Source: Spirochaetales bacterium
Lineage (GTDB): Bacteria; Spirochaetota; Spirochaetia; JABEVK01
Length of the DNA: 64,000 nucleotides
Assembly: GCA_027451945.1 (NCBI GenBank)
Contig: DAIDHT010000018.1
Location: 499-64,498, forward strand
Direction: 5' to 3'
The number at the start of each line of letters is the position of its first letter. Positions within the stretch are counted from its first letter, which is position 1. Both the position numbers and the translations under genes were made by a program. Below are positions 36,963-46,416 of the stretch, in pieces. A model generated the notes under the pieces. That model was not told where the DNA came from, ran no database searches, and saw only the letters and a list, made by a program, of their open reading frames with translations.

Positions 36963-39900
36963 ATGACACTTCGGTCGAAAATGTCATTCTTAAGCCTTAT
37001 CGCGCTTCTGTTCACTTTACCGGCCTGCCAAAGTCCTGTGGCCATCAGTGCCGCAAAGTCGGCTCAAGCGGCTCTGACGGTGAACGTCGCCGTGTCCGGC
37101 GGGGTGACCAATGTTCAGCAGGCGGCCAGTCGATCGCTGATGAGTGATACCACGATCACAGCGGTTAACGTTCAAGTGACCGATGCTAATGGCAATTCGG
37201 TAGGTTCGGGCGCGCTGACTCGAGGGAGCTCTTCCTGGGCGGGTTCACTGTCGGTGACCAGCACAGGAAGCCTGAATTTTACCGTTCAGGCCAAAAATGG
37301 CAACGGCGCTTGTTTGTACCAAGGCTTTCAGACCTCGCTCATCTCCGCCTCGGGGGCCAGCGTTTCGATTCCTCTTTCGGCCGTGGTCGGGGTTACCTCG
37401 CTAAGTTTGAATAAAACTACCGACAGCTTGTCGACGGGACAAACGGCTGTTTACCTGCCCAGCTTTAACACGGGGGCCACGAACACCTTGCTAACCTGGA
37501 GCTCGTCGAACAACGCCGTCGCCACGGTAAGCTCGGCGGGCCTTGTGACCGCCGTTGCCACAGGTTCTGCGACTATCACGGCGACCTCACAGGACAACGC
37601 CTCGGTTCAAGCCAGTGTGGCCCTCACCGTTGCCGAGGCTCCGGTGGTCATTCACTTTTATTCACCCTGGAGCTCATCTGCCCCCACCATTTGGGCTTGG
37701 ACTTCGTCGGTGGCGGTGACACAAAACATGGGGTACGCTTGGCCGGGTCCGACGATGACCAAAGACAGCGTCACCGACTGGTGGGTTTTGACACTGCCCT
37801 CCCCGAACAGCACGTACGCTGGCGGCCTTTCGTTTAAGTTCAACGGCTCCAGCACACAAATTAACATATCCAGTGCCGTTACCGGACCGGAATGGATCAA
37901 CGGTACCACGGTGACAGCCACTAACCCCAATGCTTCCTCTGTGTCAGCCTCACCGGGAACTTCAAGCTTTAGCGCGGCTCCGCTGAGTGTCACTTTAACG
38001 GCGGAGAACCCGGCTAGCGGAACCTACAGCCTCAACGGACAGCCGGCTCAGGCGTTTACCAGCGGTCAAACGCTTTCGTTGGGGAACTCGACTGCGGTCG
38101 GAGGTACCGTAAACCTGATGCTAACCAATGGCAGTGCGGTCAACGCCTACACCTATACGAGGGTGGCGGCTTCGGCTGGGGTACGGATTTACTTTAAGGC
38201 TTCTAGCGCCCCAACAATCTGGGTGTGGGAACTCAATAACGGCCCCGCCATCAGCCAGCTTACCGGGGGTACTTGGCCCGGGCCTAGCATGACCGCTGAC
38301 CAGGCAAACCCGGGTTGGTACTTCTACGACATTCCCTCGGCGTACTTGCCGGTGGCCAATACTCTGGCGTTTAAGTTCAACAGTGGGGCCGAGCAAGACC
38401 TGCCGGGTCCCTACGCTACGACCGAATGGTTTAATGGCACTGCCTGGTCGACGTCGAACCCTGACCCGGCAACTGCGCCTGTCATTTCTATGACACCAAA
38501 TGGCGGGTGGTTCGGCAGCGCGACGACCGAAAGCGCCACGATCAGCGTTGCCACCAGCTCGAAGGCACCCCTCACCAGCGCGAGCTACACGATAGGCTCA
38601 GGAACACCTATCAGCTTTACGGGCACCTCGCAGACCATTAGTGTCCCCTTGAGCTCTACACCGGTTACCGTGAGCGTCAGCGCCACCAACAGCGTTGGCA
38701 CAACTACCTATACAAGTCAAAACTTCCAAACAGGCACCGAGCCCATTCCCACCTTCAGCTGGAATAATGCTACCGTGTATTTCATTCTGACGGACCGCTT
38801 CAAAGCGAGCGATCCCACCAAACCCAACGCCTATGGTCGCCCCAAGGTTGACGCTAACGGGAGCAATATTGGAACGTTCCATGGCGGTGATCTTCAAGGT
38901 ATTACTTCTGAAATCAACGCCAATTACTTTACGAATCTTGGAGTCAACGTTCTTTGGATCAGCGCTCCCTATGAGCAAATCCATGGCTTTGTGGGTGGCG
39001 GTAGCGCCGGCGACTTTGCCCACTACGCCTATCACGGCTACTACGCTCTCGACTATACGAACCTCGATGCCAATTTTGGAACGCCGGCCGACCTAAAAGC
39101 TCTGATCACGGCGGCCCACCAAAAAGGCATTCGTGTTGTGCTCGACGTGGTAATGAACCACCCCGGCTATAATACGATGCAGGATATGGTTGAAGAAAAC
39201 TTTGGCGCTTGGCAGGGAAGCGCCCCCACCCTCTCGGCGGCCGAAAGTTGGAAACCCGCTTCGGGCGGCACCTGGTTTGATTATAATAACCTGATCGACT
39301 ACAGCTCGACGCAAGCTGCGGCTGGCTGGGCCAACTGGTGGGGTCCGAATTGGGTTCGTGCGGGAATTTCTGGGTATACGCCCGGCGGAAGCTCTGACTA
39401 CACGATGAACGTTGGCGGCCTTCCCGACTTCATGACAGAAAATACTACCCCTGTTCCCTTACCGACCTTTCTTCAACATAAAGCTACCTTTGGCCAGGGC
39501 TATTTAACGCCTTATACTGTTACTCCCGGTGAAACAAAACGTGTCCGAGACTGGATTACCGAATGGTTGGTCAAGTACGTTCATGACTACGGCTTAGATG
39601 GCTTTAGGTGTGACACGGCAAAAAATGTTGAACCCGATTCTTGGGGTTATATGAAGACCCAAGCTGTCACCGCCCTCCAGCAATGGCGCGCCAACAACCC
39701 GACGGCTCCTGGCGCAAATTGGACTGACAACTTCTGGACGGTAGGGGAATACTGGGGTCACGGTCTTGGCTACGATGCCAACATGAACGGCACCGGGCAA
39801 TTCAATGCCCTGATCAACTTTACCTTCTTTGGTAACCTACCCACGCTAACCGCTTCGTCAAGCTCATTGGCCGGGTTGCAGTCGATTTACTCAAGCTATG

Positions 39901-40490
39901 CCAGCCAAATCAACGGTCAGGTAACCACACCTCAAGCCTCGCCCTACCCCTGGAATGTTCTGACCTTTGGTGACGATCATGATGAAGGAGCGCTGTTCTA
40001 CAATGGTGACCAAGAACGTCAAAAGCGTATGGGAACAGCGCTCTTGCTTCTTCCTGGCGATGTTCAGATTTTTTACGGGGACGAATACGGGCGTGTAGAA
40101 GGGCCGACAGGTTCTGACCCCAGCCAAGGGTCTCGCTCGGATTTCGACTGGTCGGCCGAAGCCGCTGAAAATGGAGTGGCCAATTCCTGCCTCTCACATT
40201 GGCAGATTCTGGGCCAATTCCGCAACAAACACATCGCCATTGGGGCAGGTGCGAATCAGCAGATTACCGATGTTACCAACGGCTATGCCTTTACCCGAGT
40301 TTGGAATAGCGACAAGGTTGCCGTCGTTGTGGGGGCCAGTGGTGCCGTTACGGTTAATGTTTCTACGATCTTTCCCGATGGAACTTTGGTTCGCAACTTC
40401 TATGACAGCACCACGGCAACGGTCACAGCAGGTCATGTTACCTTTAATGCTGGGGTAAACGGGGTCATTCTGATCGAGAGTGCGACTTAA
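36963..40490 (+). CDS. Secreted lipoprotein alpha-amylase-family GH13 enzyme with family N-terminal module, a Big_2-like domain and two starch-binding (CBM25/26-like) modules
   Basis: Lipobox LPACQSP. Tandem W-rich modules (VIHFYSPWSSSAPTIWAWTSS... and VRIYFKASSAPTIWVWELN...). GH13 regions DVVMNHPG, GFRCDTAKN, EYWGH, FGDDHDE. Confidence 0.85.
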   Translation: MTLRSKMSFLSLIALLFTLPACQSPVAISAAKSAQAALTVNVAVSGGVTNVQQAASRSLMSDTTITAVNVQVTDANGNSVGSGALTRGSSSWAGSLSVTSTGSLNFTVQAKNGNGACLYQGFQTSLISASGASVSIPLSAVVGVTSLSLNKTTDSLSTGQTAVYLPSFNTGATNTLLTWSSSNNAVATVSSAGLVTAVATGSATITATSQDNASVQASVALTVAEAPVVIHFYSPWSSSAPTIWAWTSSVAVTQNMGYAWPGPTMTKDSVTDWWVLTLPSPNSTYAGGLSFKFNGSSTQINISSAVTGPEWINGTTVTATNPNASSVSASPGTSSFSAAPLSVTLTAENPASGTYSLNGQPAQAFTSGQTLSLGNSTAVGGTVNLMLTNGSAVNAYTYTRVAASAGVRIYFKASSAPTIWVWELNNGPAISQLTGGTWPGPSMTADQANPGWYFYDIPSAYLPVANTLAFKFNSGAEQDLPGPYATTEWFNGTAWSTSNPDPATAPVISMTPNGGWFGSATTESATISVATSSKAPLTSASYTIGSGTPISFTGTSQTISVPLSSTPVTVSVSATNSVGTTTYTSQNFQTGTEPIPTFSWNNATVYFILTDRFKASDPTKPNAYGRPKVDANGSNIGTFHGGDLQGITSEINANYFTNLGVNVLWISAPYEQIHGFVGGGSAGDFAHYAYHGYYALDYTNLDANFGTPADLKALITAAHQKGIRVVLDVVMNHPGYNTMQDMVEENFGAWQGSAPTLSAAESWKPASGGTWFDYNNLIDYSSTQAAAGWANWWGPNWVRAGISGYTPGGSSDYTMNVGGLPDFMTENTTPVPLPTFLQHKATFGQGYLTPYTVTPGETKRVRDWITEWLVKYVHDYGLDGFRCDTAKNVEPDSWGYMKTQAVTALQQWRANNPTAPGANWTDNFWTVGEYWGHGLGYDANMNGTGQFNALINFTFFGNLPTLTASSSSLAGLQSIYSSYASQINGQVTTPQASPYPWNVLTFGDDHDEGALFYNGDQERQKRMGTALLLLPGDVQIFYGDEYGRVEGPTGSDPSQGSRSDFDWSAEAAENGVANSCLSHWQILGQFRNKHIAIGAGANQQITDVTNGYAFTRVWNSDKVAVVVGASGAVTVNVSTIFPDGTLVRNFYDSTTATVTAGHVTFNAGVNGVILIESAT

Positions 40491-40496
40491 CAAGCT

Positions 40497-40525
40497 CTAA
40501 TGAATTGAAACTTTAATGAATTGAA
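40497..40525 (+). repeat. 13-bp tandem direct repeat TAATGAATTGAAA (3-bp spacer) immediately after the amylase stop codon
   Basis: ctaatgaattgaaa ctt taatgaattgaaa aaaa, read directly. Confidence 0.6.
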
Positions 40526-40550
40526 AAAAACGGGGGCCGCAAAGCCCCCG
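40524..40550 (-). terminator. Rho-independent terminator for the minus-strand yjfB-like gene; possibly bidirectional
   Basis: CGGGGGC-cgcaaa-GCCCCCG hairpin. On the minus strand it is followed by T7 (A7 at 40524..40530 on plus). Confidence 0.7.
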
Positions 40551-40574
40551 TTCACTTCCCCGCTGACGCGAACT

Positions 40575-40766
40575 TCACGCCAGAGTATTGATGTTCTGCC
40601 CCATCAACGGATCCTGCACCACCTGGGGAAGGGCGGAGGTGCTCATCAGGCGAGCCAAATCCTGACCGTTTTGTCTAAGGTCACCCAAAGACTTAGCCAG
40701 GACGGCCGTACCCACCTGGTTAGCCAGGTTTGACTGGGACAGCTGGGTAGAAAGGGATGCTTCCAT
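40575..40766 (-). CDS. YjfB-like putative motility protein (small, ~63 aa)
   Basis: SQSNLANQVGTAVLAKSLGDLRQNGQDLARLM ... PLMGQNINT resembles the YjfB_motility family (the 'LGQNIDV' end motif). The overlapping plus-strand ORF 40521..40733 is judged spurious. Confidence 0.55.
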   Translation of the reverse strand: MEASLSTQLSQSNLANQVGTAVLAKSLGDLRQNGQDLARLMSTSALPQVVQDPLMGQNINTLA

Positions 40767-40847
40767 AGCTTAAGTATCGGCTTGACCGTGAGAAATGTCC
40801 ACAAAAATAGGCTTGCTCCCCGGCCTTTTCCCCATTAAACTGGCCCC

Positions 40848-41318
40848 ATGAGTGAACACATCTACCATGCGACGGTAACTTGGTTGCGCCAACCTCAAGA
40901 AACGTTTACCGACAATAAGTTTTCTCGGGCCCACGAGTGGCAGTTTGACGAGGGGGTCACCGTCCCGGCTTCCGCTTCGCCCTACGTCCTAGCGCCTCCG
41001 CTGTCGCGTTTGGACGCCGTTGACCCCGAAGAAGCACTTTTGGCAAGTTTGGCTAGCTGCCACATGCTTTTCTTTTTGTACCGCATCGCTCGTGCGGGGT
41101 TTACTGTCGATCGTTATGAGGACCTCCCCGAGGCGATTATGGGCAAAACGCCCGAAGGTTCAACATTTATGGCTAAGATCACCCTTCAGCCCAAGGTCAC
41201 GTGGGCTGGCAACGCCCCCACCGAGGCGCAACTGACAGAGTTGCACGACAAAGCACACCATGACTGTTATATCGCCAACTCACTCAAGAGCGAGATGGTG
41301 CTCAAACCCCGTTTATGA
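40848..41318 (+). CDS. OsmC/Ohr-family peroxiredoxin-like protein
   Basis: ~156 aa with the family's conserved Cys region (LASLASCHMLFF) and C-terminal motifs (HHDCYIANSL). Confidence 0.75.
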   Translation: MSEHIYHATVTWLRQPQETFTDNKFSRAHEWQFDEGVTVPASASPYVLAPPLSRLDAVDPEEALLASLASCHMLFFLYRIARAGFTVDRYEDLPEAIMGKTPEGSTFMAKITLQPKVTWAGNAPTEAQLTELHDKAHHDCYIANSLKSEMVLKPRL

Positions 41319-41325
41319 GGTTTTT

Positions 41326-42687
41326 ATGAAAACTATTGGCCGCATCCAGCAATACTTTCGCTGGTCAATCGGGTTTGGCTTGGCCATGGGAGTGGTCTTT
41401 CCGTGGTTTTCGTTACTCTTTGTCGAAATTGCCAACCCATGGGCATTCGCAGGTTACCTTGTAGCCTGCTTGGCGGCCGGCTTCGTTGTAGGCTTGGTGT
41501 CCTATCTCATGGGCAAACGTATGCTTTTGATACCAGTTACAACGGTAGTGAACTACGTCAATACCAGCATTGTCGAACAGCAGGACTACCGTCAGAATGT
41601 TGTTGTCAGTTCTCCTGACGAATTAGGCGCTCTGGCCACGACGATCAACCGCCTCATTGAACGAACCCGCTTTATTTTGACGGACCTTCAGCAGATGGCA
41701 GAGCACAATACGACTGTCGCGACCGAATTTCATCGCCGCTTTCGCGATACCTACTCAACCAGCCTCGATTTTTCCACCAGTGCCAGCAAACTCGCTCAAG
41801 ACTCCCGGGCGCTCGAAGCGCAATTAGACCAAGCCCTAGGGTTTCTGCGCGACCTTAAAACTTTCTCTGATGCGGTCTATCACGACCTTGAAGAAGAGCT
41901 TCTCACGGCCCAGGGTGCTAAGGCAGGCTTAGAACAACTCTTCCGTACCATCAGTGGGTATTTTCGCACCAGTCAAGAACGTCTGGCCGATTTAGAAAAA
42001 TACTTCGGCGAGGTGGAAAGCTTTCAACATCAAATCAAAAACTCTGCGACAGAAATTGCCCGGGCCAACGAGTCGAACTTAGCGATCGCCAAAAACGTTC
42101 TGACGATTCAACGGATTGCGGCACGAACCAATATTCTGGCTATCAACTCGTCGATCGAGGCGGCGCATGCCGGTGAGTATGGCAAAGGTTTTGCCGTTGT
42201 CGCCGACGAGATCCGTCAGTTAGCCGAGGCGACGAACGATGCCGCGGCGGCTATCACCCGCATGCTGGGCGAAATTTCAAAAGACGTCGAGGTAGCCCAA
42301 AAAGCTGTAACACAAGCTGACACCGTTGCCACGGGAATGCTTTCAGGCCTCGAAGGTTTCAAAGAGTACTTTCAAGACGTGGCTTCGCAATCGGCAGGCT
42401 TTAGCAAAGAAGAAGCCCAGCAGAACCAGTTGTGGCAGTCGTTGCAGACCTCACTCAGCGACGCTCAGAAGGGTTCCAAAGACTTCTTGCAGAAATTTCT
42501 TCTTCTTGACGAGATTTTGGCGCAAATCCAACACCTTTCGGCCACCTCGCGGTTCTCGCTCGAAGAATGGGAACAGAGCTTTCAACGGCTTTCTGCACAA
42601 TTTCAAGAAGCAAAAAACCTGACGGAACAGCAGGAGCTAGGGTTTGACGCCGTCCGCAACTTGCTCGAACAGTTCAAAACCAAATGA
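41326..42687 (+). CDS. Methyl-accepting chemotaxis protein (two TM helices, no large periplasmic sensor)
   Basis: MCP signalling domain (NVLTIQRIAARTNILAINSSIEAAHAGEYGKGFAVVADEIRQLAE). Start ATG at 41326 is 5 nt after GAGG, just past the OsmC stop. Confidence 0.8.
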   Translation: MKTIGRIQQYFRWSIGFGLAMGVVFPWFSLLFVEIANPWAFAGYLVACLAAGFVVGLVSYLMGKRMLLIPVTTVVNYVNTSIVEQQDYRQNVVVSSPDELGALATTINRLIERTRFILTDLQQMAEHNTTVATEFHRRFRDTYSTSLDFSTSASKLAQDSRALEAQLDQALGFLRDLKTFSDAVYHDLEEELLTAQGAKAGLEQLFRTISGYFRTSQERLADLEKYFGEVESFQHQIKNSATEIARANESNLAIAKNVLTIQRIAARTNILAINSSIEAAHAGEYGKGFAVVADEIRQLAEATNDAAAAITRMLGEISKDVEVAQKAVTQADTVATGMLSGLEGFKEYFQDVASQSAGFSKEEAQQNQLWQSLQTSLSDAQKGSKDFLQKFLLLDEILAQIQHLSATSRFSLEEWEQSFQRLSAQFQEAKNLTEQQELGFDAVRNLLEQFKTK

Positions 42688-43904
42688 CGTCGGTTTCACA
42701 AAAGTTTGCTCAGCGCTTTCCCGCGTTGACGTTCAAACCGTTTCGCCTGTTCTGGTTGGCACAAATCGTTTCGTTGACCGGAACTTGGATGCAGAACCTC
42801 GCCCTTCCTTGGCTGGTTTTTCAATTGACCGGCAGTCCCTTTCTTTTGGGTTTGACGGGAACTCTTCAGTTTTTACCGCAAATGCTTCTCTCCCCCTTTG
42901 CCGGGACTGTAGCCGACCATTTTCCCAAACGAACAATGGTGTTGATCACTCAAACCGTCATGACCCTAACTTCGGCCCTTTTAGGGGTTTTGTCTTTTCT
43001 TCACTTGGTAAACTATCCCCTGATCCTTGTTTTGGCCCTGATTACCGGCCTGGCCAACACGCTCGATCAACCGGTTCGGCAAGGCCTCGTCGCCGAAATC
43101 GTCGGCCGTGACAACCTTTTAAACGCCGTCGCACTCAACTCTGCCGCGTTTAACGGTGCGCGTATTTTTGGCCCGGCGGTAGCGGGTGTCGTCATGGCGC
43201 TCTGGGGAGTAGCCTGGTGCTTTACCCTAAACGCCCTCAGCTTTTTGCCGGCTATTGCGGCCCTTAGCCTCGTTCCCCGCTCCCAGAGGCCTAGGCTGCC
43301 CCTTTCGATTCGCCAGCTGTTGCGCTCAACTCGTGAAGGCTTGGCGTATGTCGTGCACCGCCGTGACCTTAGGGATGTCCTGATCGCGGTCACCTTGATG
43401 GGCGTTTTGGCCTTCAACTTCAGCATTCTTCTCCCGGTGTTGGTTAAGCAAACCTTTGCCCTCGGCGAGACCGCCTTTGGGACACTCTTATCGGCGATGG
43501 GTCTGGGTTCCCTGGCCGCCGCAGTTCTGCTGGCTTTTACTAGTCGACGAGGCCCTGACCGTCGGCTTTTAGCCTGGGCTCCGCTGTTGGCAGGCGCGGC
43601 GCTCGTTGGGCTTGGACTAAGCCGCTCTTTTCCTTTAACGTTAGCCCTGATGGTGGTGGCAGGTTTTGCCAACATTGCCTTTTTCACCACCGCAAACTCG
43701 CACCTTCAAGGTTCTGCGGACGACGCCTTTCGAGGCAGGGTCATCAGTCTTTACACTCTAGCCTTTGGGGGAATGACACCCTTTGGGAACTTTTTTGTTG
43801 GAACGCTGGCCCAATTTCACGGTGCGGCGTTCACGTTTACGGTCACCGGGCTTTTGTTGCTAGTCAGCTTTGGGGCCCTGCGAGTCTGGGAGGGCCGCCG
43901 ATGA
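42684..43904 (+). CDS. MFS transporter (EntS/DHA-like)
   Basis: 12 TM helices. Start overlaps the MCP stop (ATGA). Confidence 0.8.
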   Translation: MTSVSQKFAQRFPALTFKPFRLFWLAQIVSLTGTWMQNLALPWLVFQLTGSPFLLGLTGTLQFLPQMLLSPFAGTVADHFPKRTMVLITQTVMTLTSALLGVLSFLHLVNYPLILVLALITGLANTLDQPVRQGLVAEIVGRDNLLNAVALNSAAFNGARIFGPAVAGVVMALWGVAWCFTLNALSFLPAIAALSLVPRSQRPRLPLSIRQLLRSTREGLAYVVHRRDLRDVLIAVTLMGVLAFNFSILLPVLVKQTFALGETAFGTLLSAMGLGSLAAAVLLAFTSRRGPDRRLLAWAPLLAGAALVGLGLSRSFPLTLALMVVAGFANIAFFTTANSHLQGSADDAFRGRVISLYTLAFGGMTPFGNFFVGTLAQFHGAAFTFTVTGLLLLVSFGALRVWEGRR

Positions 43905-44668
43905 AAGCTATTTTGTCCGACATGGACGGGGTTCTCTATCGGGGCAAGACTCTACTCCCCGGCGCCGCTTCTTTTGTCAATCGACTCCACGAACACAAGA
44001 TTCCTTTTTTGTTCCTCACAAATAACTCGGAACAAACAGCCGCCGATTTAGTAAAACGCCTTGCCGGTCTTGGTCTGCCTGGGCTTCAAGAAGAAAACTT
44101 TTTAACCTCCGCGATGGCTACCGCCCGCTTTTTAGCCTCGCAAAAGCCAAAGGCGGGTTGCTATGTGATCGGCGGTTCCGGACTTGTCAACGAGCTAAAA
44201 AAAAAGGCACTTACGATAACCGACAACCAACCGGACTATGTGGTTGTAGGCAAAACTGCCGAGTTTGACTATGCGATGTTGAGAACCGCCGCCCGCCTGA
44301 TTGCCCGAGGAGCCAAGTTCATCGGTACCAACCCCGATTTGATTGACCCTATCGAAGAGGGCTTTGAACCTGCGGCAGGTAGCTTGCTGGCCGCGCTCAC
44401 GGCAGCCACCGGCAAAAAACCCTACATCATCGGTAAACCCAATGCGCTCATGATGCTCATTGCCCGAAAAATTCTTGCCAGTCACGCCAGCACAACGGTC
44501 ATGATTGGCGACCGTATGGACACCGACATTGTAGCCGGTTTAGAAGCAGGAATGACCACGTGTCTGGTCCTCTCAGGGGTATCGACCCGCCATTCCCTCG
44601 ACGAATTTCCTTACAAACCAGACTACGTTTTTGAATCGCTGGCGGACCTTGACCCGCTGTTGTTATAG
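43901..44668 (+). CDS. HAD-IIA family hydrolase (NagD-like)
   Basis: Motif I ILSDMDGVLYRG. C-terminal IGDRMDTDI. ATGA overlap with the upstream gene. Confidence 0.8.
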   Translation: MKAILSDMDGVLYRGKTLLPGAASFVNRLHEHKIPFLFLTNNSEQTAADLVKRLAGLGLPGLQEENFLTSAMATARFLASQKPKAGCYVIGGSGLVNELKKKALTITDNQPDYVVVGKTAEFDYAMLRTAARLIARGAKFIGTNPDLIDPIEEGFEPAAGSLLAALTAATGKKPYIIGKPNALMMLIARKILASHASTTVMIGDRMDTDIVAGLEAGMTTCLVLSGVSTRHSLDEFPYKPDYVFESLADLDPLLL

Positions 44669-44676
44669 GCGGCTCG

Positions 44677-45327
44677 ATGGACACGCCATCCCGCAGCCCA
44701 ACGATTCCGCTCATCTATGAAGACAACGAAGTGTGGGTGGTAAACAAACCCCCGGGCCTTGCCACGATCTCGGAACGTCTCGACACTTCAGCACCGTCAT
44801 TGTGGAAGCTCGGGGAACAGGACGCCGGAAGGCTCTGGGTGGTTCACCGCCTCGACAAAGAAACCAGCGGCGTGGTTGTGTTTGCCAAAACCGCCCAGGC
44901 CCACCGTTTACTCTGTGCCGCATTTGAACGTCGCAACACCCGAAAAATCTACTGGGCTTGGGTTCACGGTGAGCTCGCTGGCGAAGGGGTTTGCGACGGT
45001 CCCCTGCGCGAGTTTGGTTCGGGCCGTGTCGCTGTTGACCCCAGGGGTAAACCCTCCGAGACCGCTTGGCGAGTTTTGCGCACGGTTCCGGGGTTTACTC
45101 TGGTCGAAGTTCAACCACACACCGGCCGTCGTCACCAAATCCGGGCCCATTTGACAGCGCTGAGGTACCCCCTGGTGGGCGACCCGCTGTACGGGCCCGC
45201 CGATCTGCGGCGGGGCTGGCCAAGAATGTACCTTCATGCTCTTGAGCTTGAAATCATGAACGCGGCTTGGGGCCCCTGGCGCGCCGAACCAGAACCGTCC
45301 TTTGAGCCCCCTCTTTCAACACCATAG
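44677..45327 (+). CDS. RluA-family pseudouridine synthase
   Basis: Catalytic-Asp motif HRLDKETSGVVVFAKT. C-terminal HQIRAHL. Confidence 0.85.
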   Translation: MDTPSRSPTIPLIYEDNEVWVVNKPPGLATISERLDTSAPSLWKLGEQDAGRLWVVHRLDKETSGVVVFAKTAQAHRLLCAAFERRNTRKIYWAWVHGELAGEGVCDGPLREFGSGRVAVDPRGKPSETAWRVLRTVPGFTLVEVQPHTGRRHQIRAHLTALRYPLVGDPLYGPADLRRGWPRMYLHALELEIMNAAWGPWRAEPEPSFEPPLSTP

Positions 45328-45328
45328 C

Positions 45329-45372
45329 TAGGGCCATCTTGTCATAAGGGCCCTACTCCTAGTATTCTTTTT
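45329..45372 (+). terminator. Candidate rho-independent terminator between the rluA-like gene and nrdB
   Basis: TAGGGCC-N13-GGCCCTA 7-bp stem followed by a T-rich tract (CTTTTTATT), but the T-run begins ~13 nt after the stem. Confidence 0.3.
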
Positions 45373-45375
45373 ATT

Positions 45376-46368
45376 ATGAGTATCATCAACAATTCGAAAA
45401 CTGACCCTAATAAAATCCTTCCGATGACCTACCTCTGGGCTCGACAACATTATAAGGACGGCGTGGCCAACAACTGGGTTCCCGAAGAGATCCCCATGCA
45501 AGATGATATTGAACAATGGAAAAACGCTACCGCCCTGACCGACGAAGAACGCCGCCTGATTTTCTGGAACCTGGGGTTCTTTAGTACTGCCGAAAGTCTG
45601 ACTGCCAACAACATCGTTCTTGCGGTTTACAACCACGTTACCAACCCCGAATGTCGACAGTACCTTCTTAGGCAGGCTTTTGAAGAGGCCATCCACACAG
45701 ACACGTTTATTTACTGTTGTGACAGCTTGGGCTTGGACCCCGAAGAAATCTACACCATGTACCAATCGATTCCCTCGATTCGCGGTAAAGACGATTTTGT
45801 CGTCGAGTTAACCAAAAGCGTCTTTGACCCCAACTTTAATACGGTGGGTGATGGCAATATTCAGTCCTTTGTCCATGATCTGGTGGGCTACTACGTCATC
45901 ATGGAGGGAATCTTCTTTTATGCAGGGTTTGCCATGATGCTGGCCTTGAAGCGCCAACGTAAGATGGTCGGTATTGGCGAGCAGTTCGAGTACATCATGC
46001 GCGACGAGTCGATTCACCTCAACTTTGGCTGTGATCTGATTAACACCATTGTTGCCGAGAACCCCCAAGTTTGGACCCCGGCTTTTCAAGAGGAAGTGAC
46101 CGTGTTGATAAAAAAAGCCGTGGAACTTGAAAAGGCCTACGCCAAGGATGCCTGTCCTGACGGCATCTTAGGCATTAACTCCCAGCAGTTCTGCGACTAC
46201 GTGGAGCATATCGCCGATCGCCGTCTGGAACGTATTGGTCTTAAGAAGGTGTATGATACCGAGAATCCCTTTCCGTGGATGAGTCAGGCTACCGACCTCT
46301 CCAAAGAAAAGAACTTCTTTGAAACCCGGGTGACCGAGTACCAGACTGGTGGTCTGGACTGGGATTAA
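45376..46368 (+). CDS. nrdB: Ribonucleotide reductase small subunit (R2) with class Ic-like substitutions; no nrdA in the window
   Basis: R2 ligand motifs E-x2-H (EEAIHTDTF) and E-x2-H (RDESIHL). EGIFFYAGFAM block. C-terminal tail NPFPWMSQ...FFETRVTEYQ. Confidence 0.85.
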   Translation: MSIINNSKTDPNKILPMTYLWARQHYKDGVANNWVPEEIPMQDDIEQWKNATALTDEERRLIFWNLGFFSTAESLTANNIVLAVYNHVTNPECRQYLLRQAFEEAIHTDTFIYCCDSLGLDPEEIYTMYQSIPSIRGKDDFVVELTKSVFDPNFNTVGDGNIQSFVHDLVGYYVIMEGIFFYAGFAMMLALKRQRKMVGIGEQFEYIMRDESIHLNFGCDLINTIVAENPQVWTPAFQEEVTVLIKKAVELEKAYAKDACPDGILGINSQQFCDYVEHIADRRLERIGLKKVYDTENPFPWMSQATDLSKEKNFFETRVTEYQTGGLDWD

Positions 46369-46416
46369 CCTCGCTTGATCTCGCTTATTCTGCGAACTCG
46401 ATTATAATAAAGAGGT

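Noticed and set aside
40521-40733. 70-aa plus-strand ORF overlapping the terminator hairpin and the yjfB-like gene
   Set aside because: It has no features and it starts inside the terminator stem. The opposite-strand ORF matches the YjfB family.
45329-45372. NrdR box upstream of nrdB
   Set aside because: The 48-bp spacer contains a GC hairpin (likely a terminator), but no pair of NrdR-type palindromes was seen.
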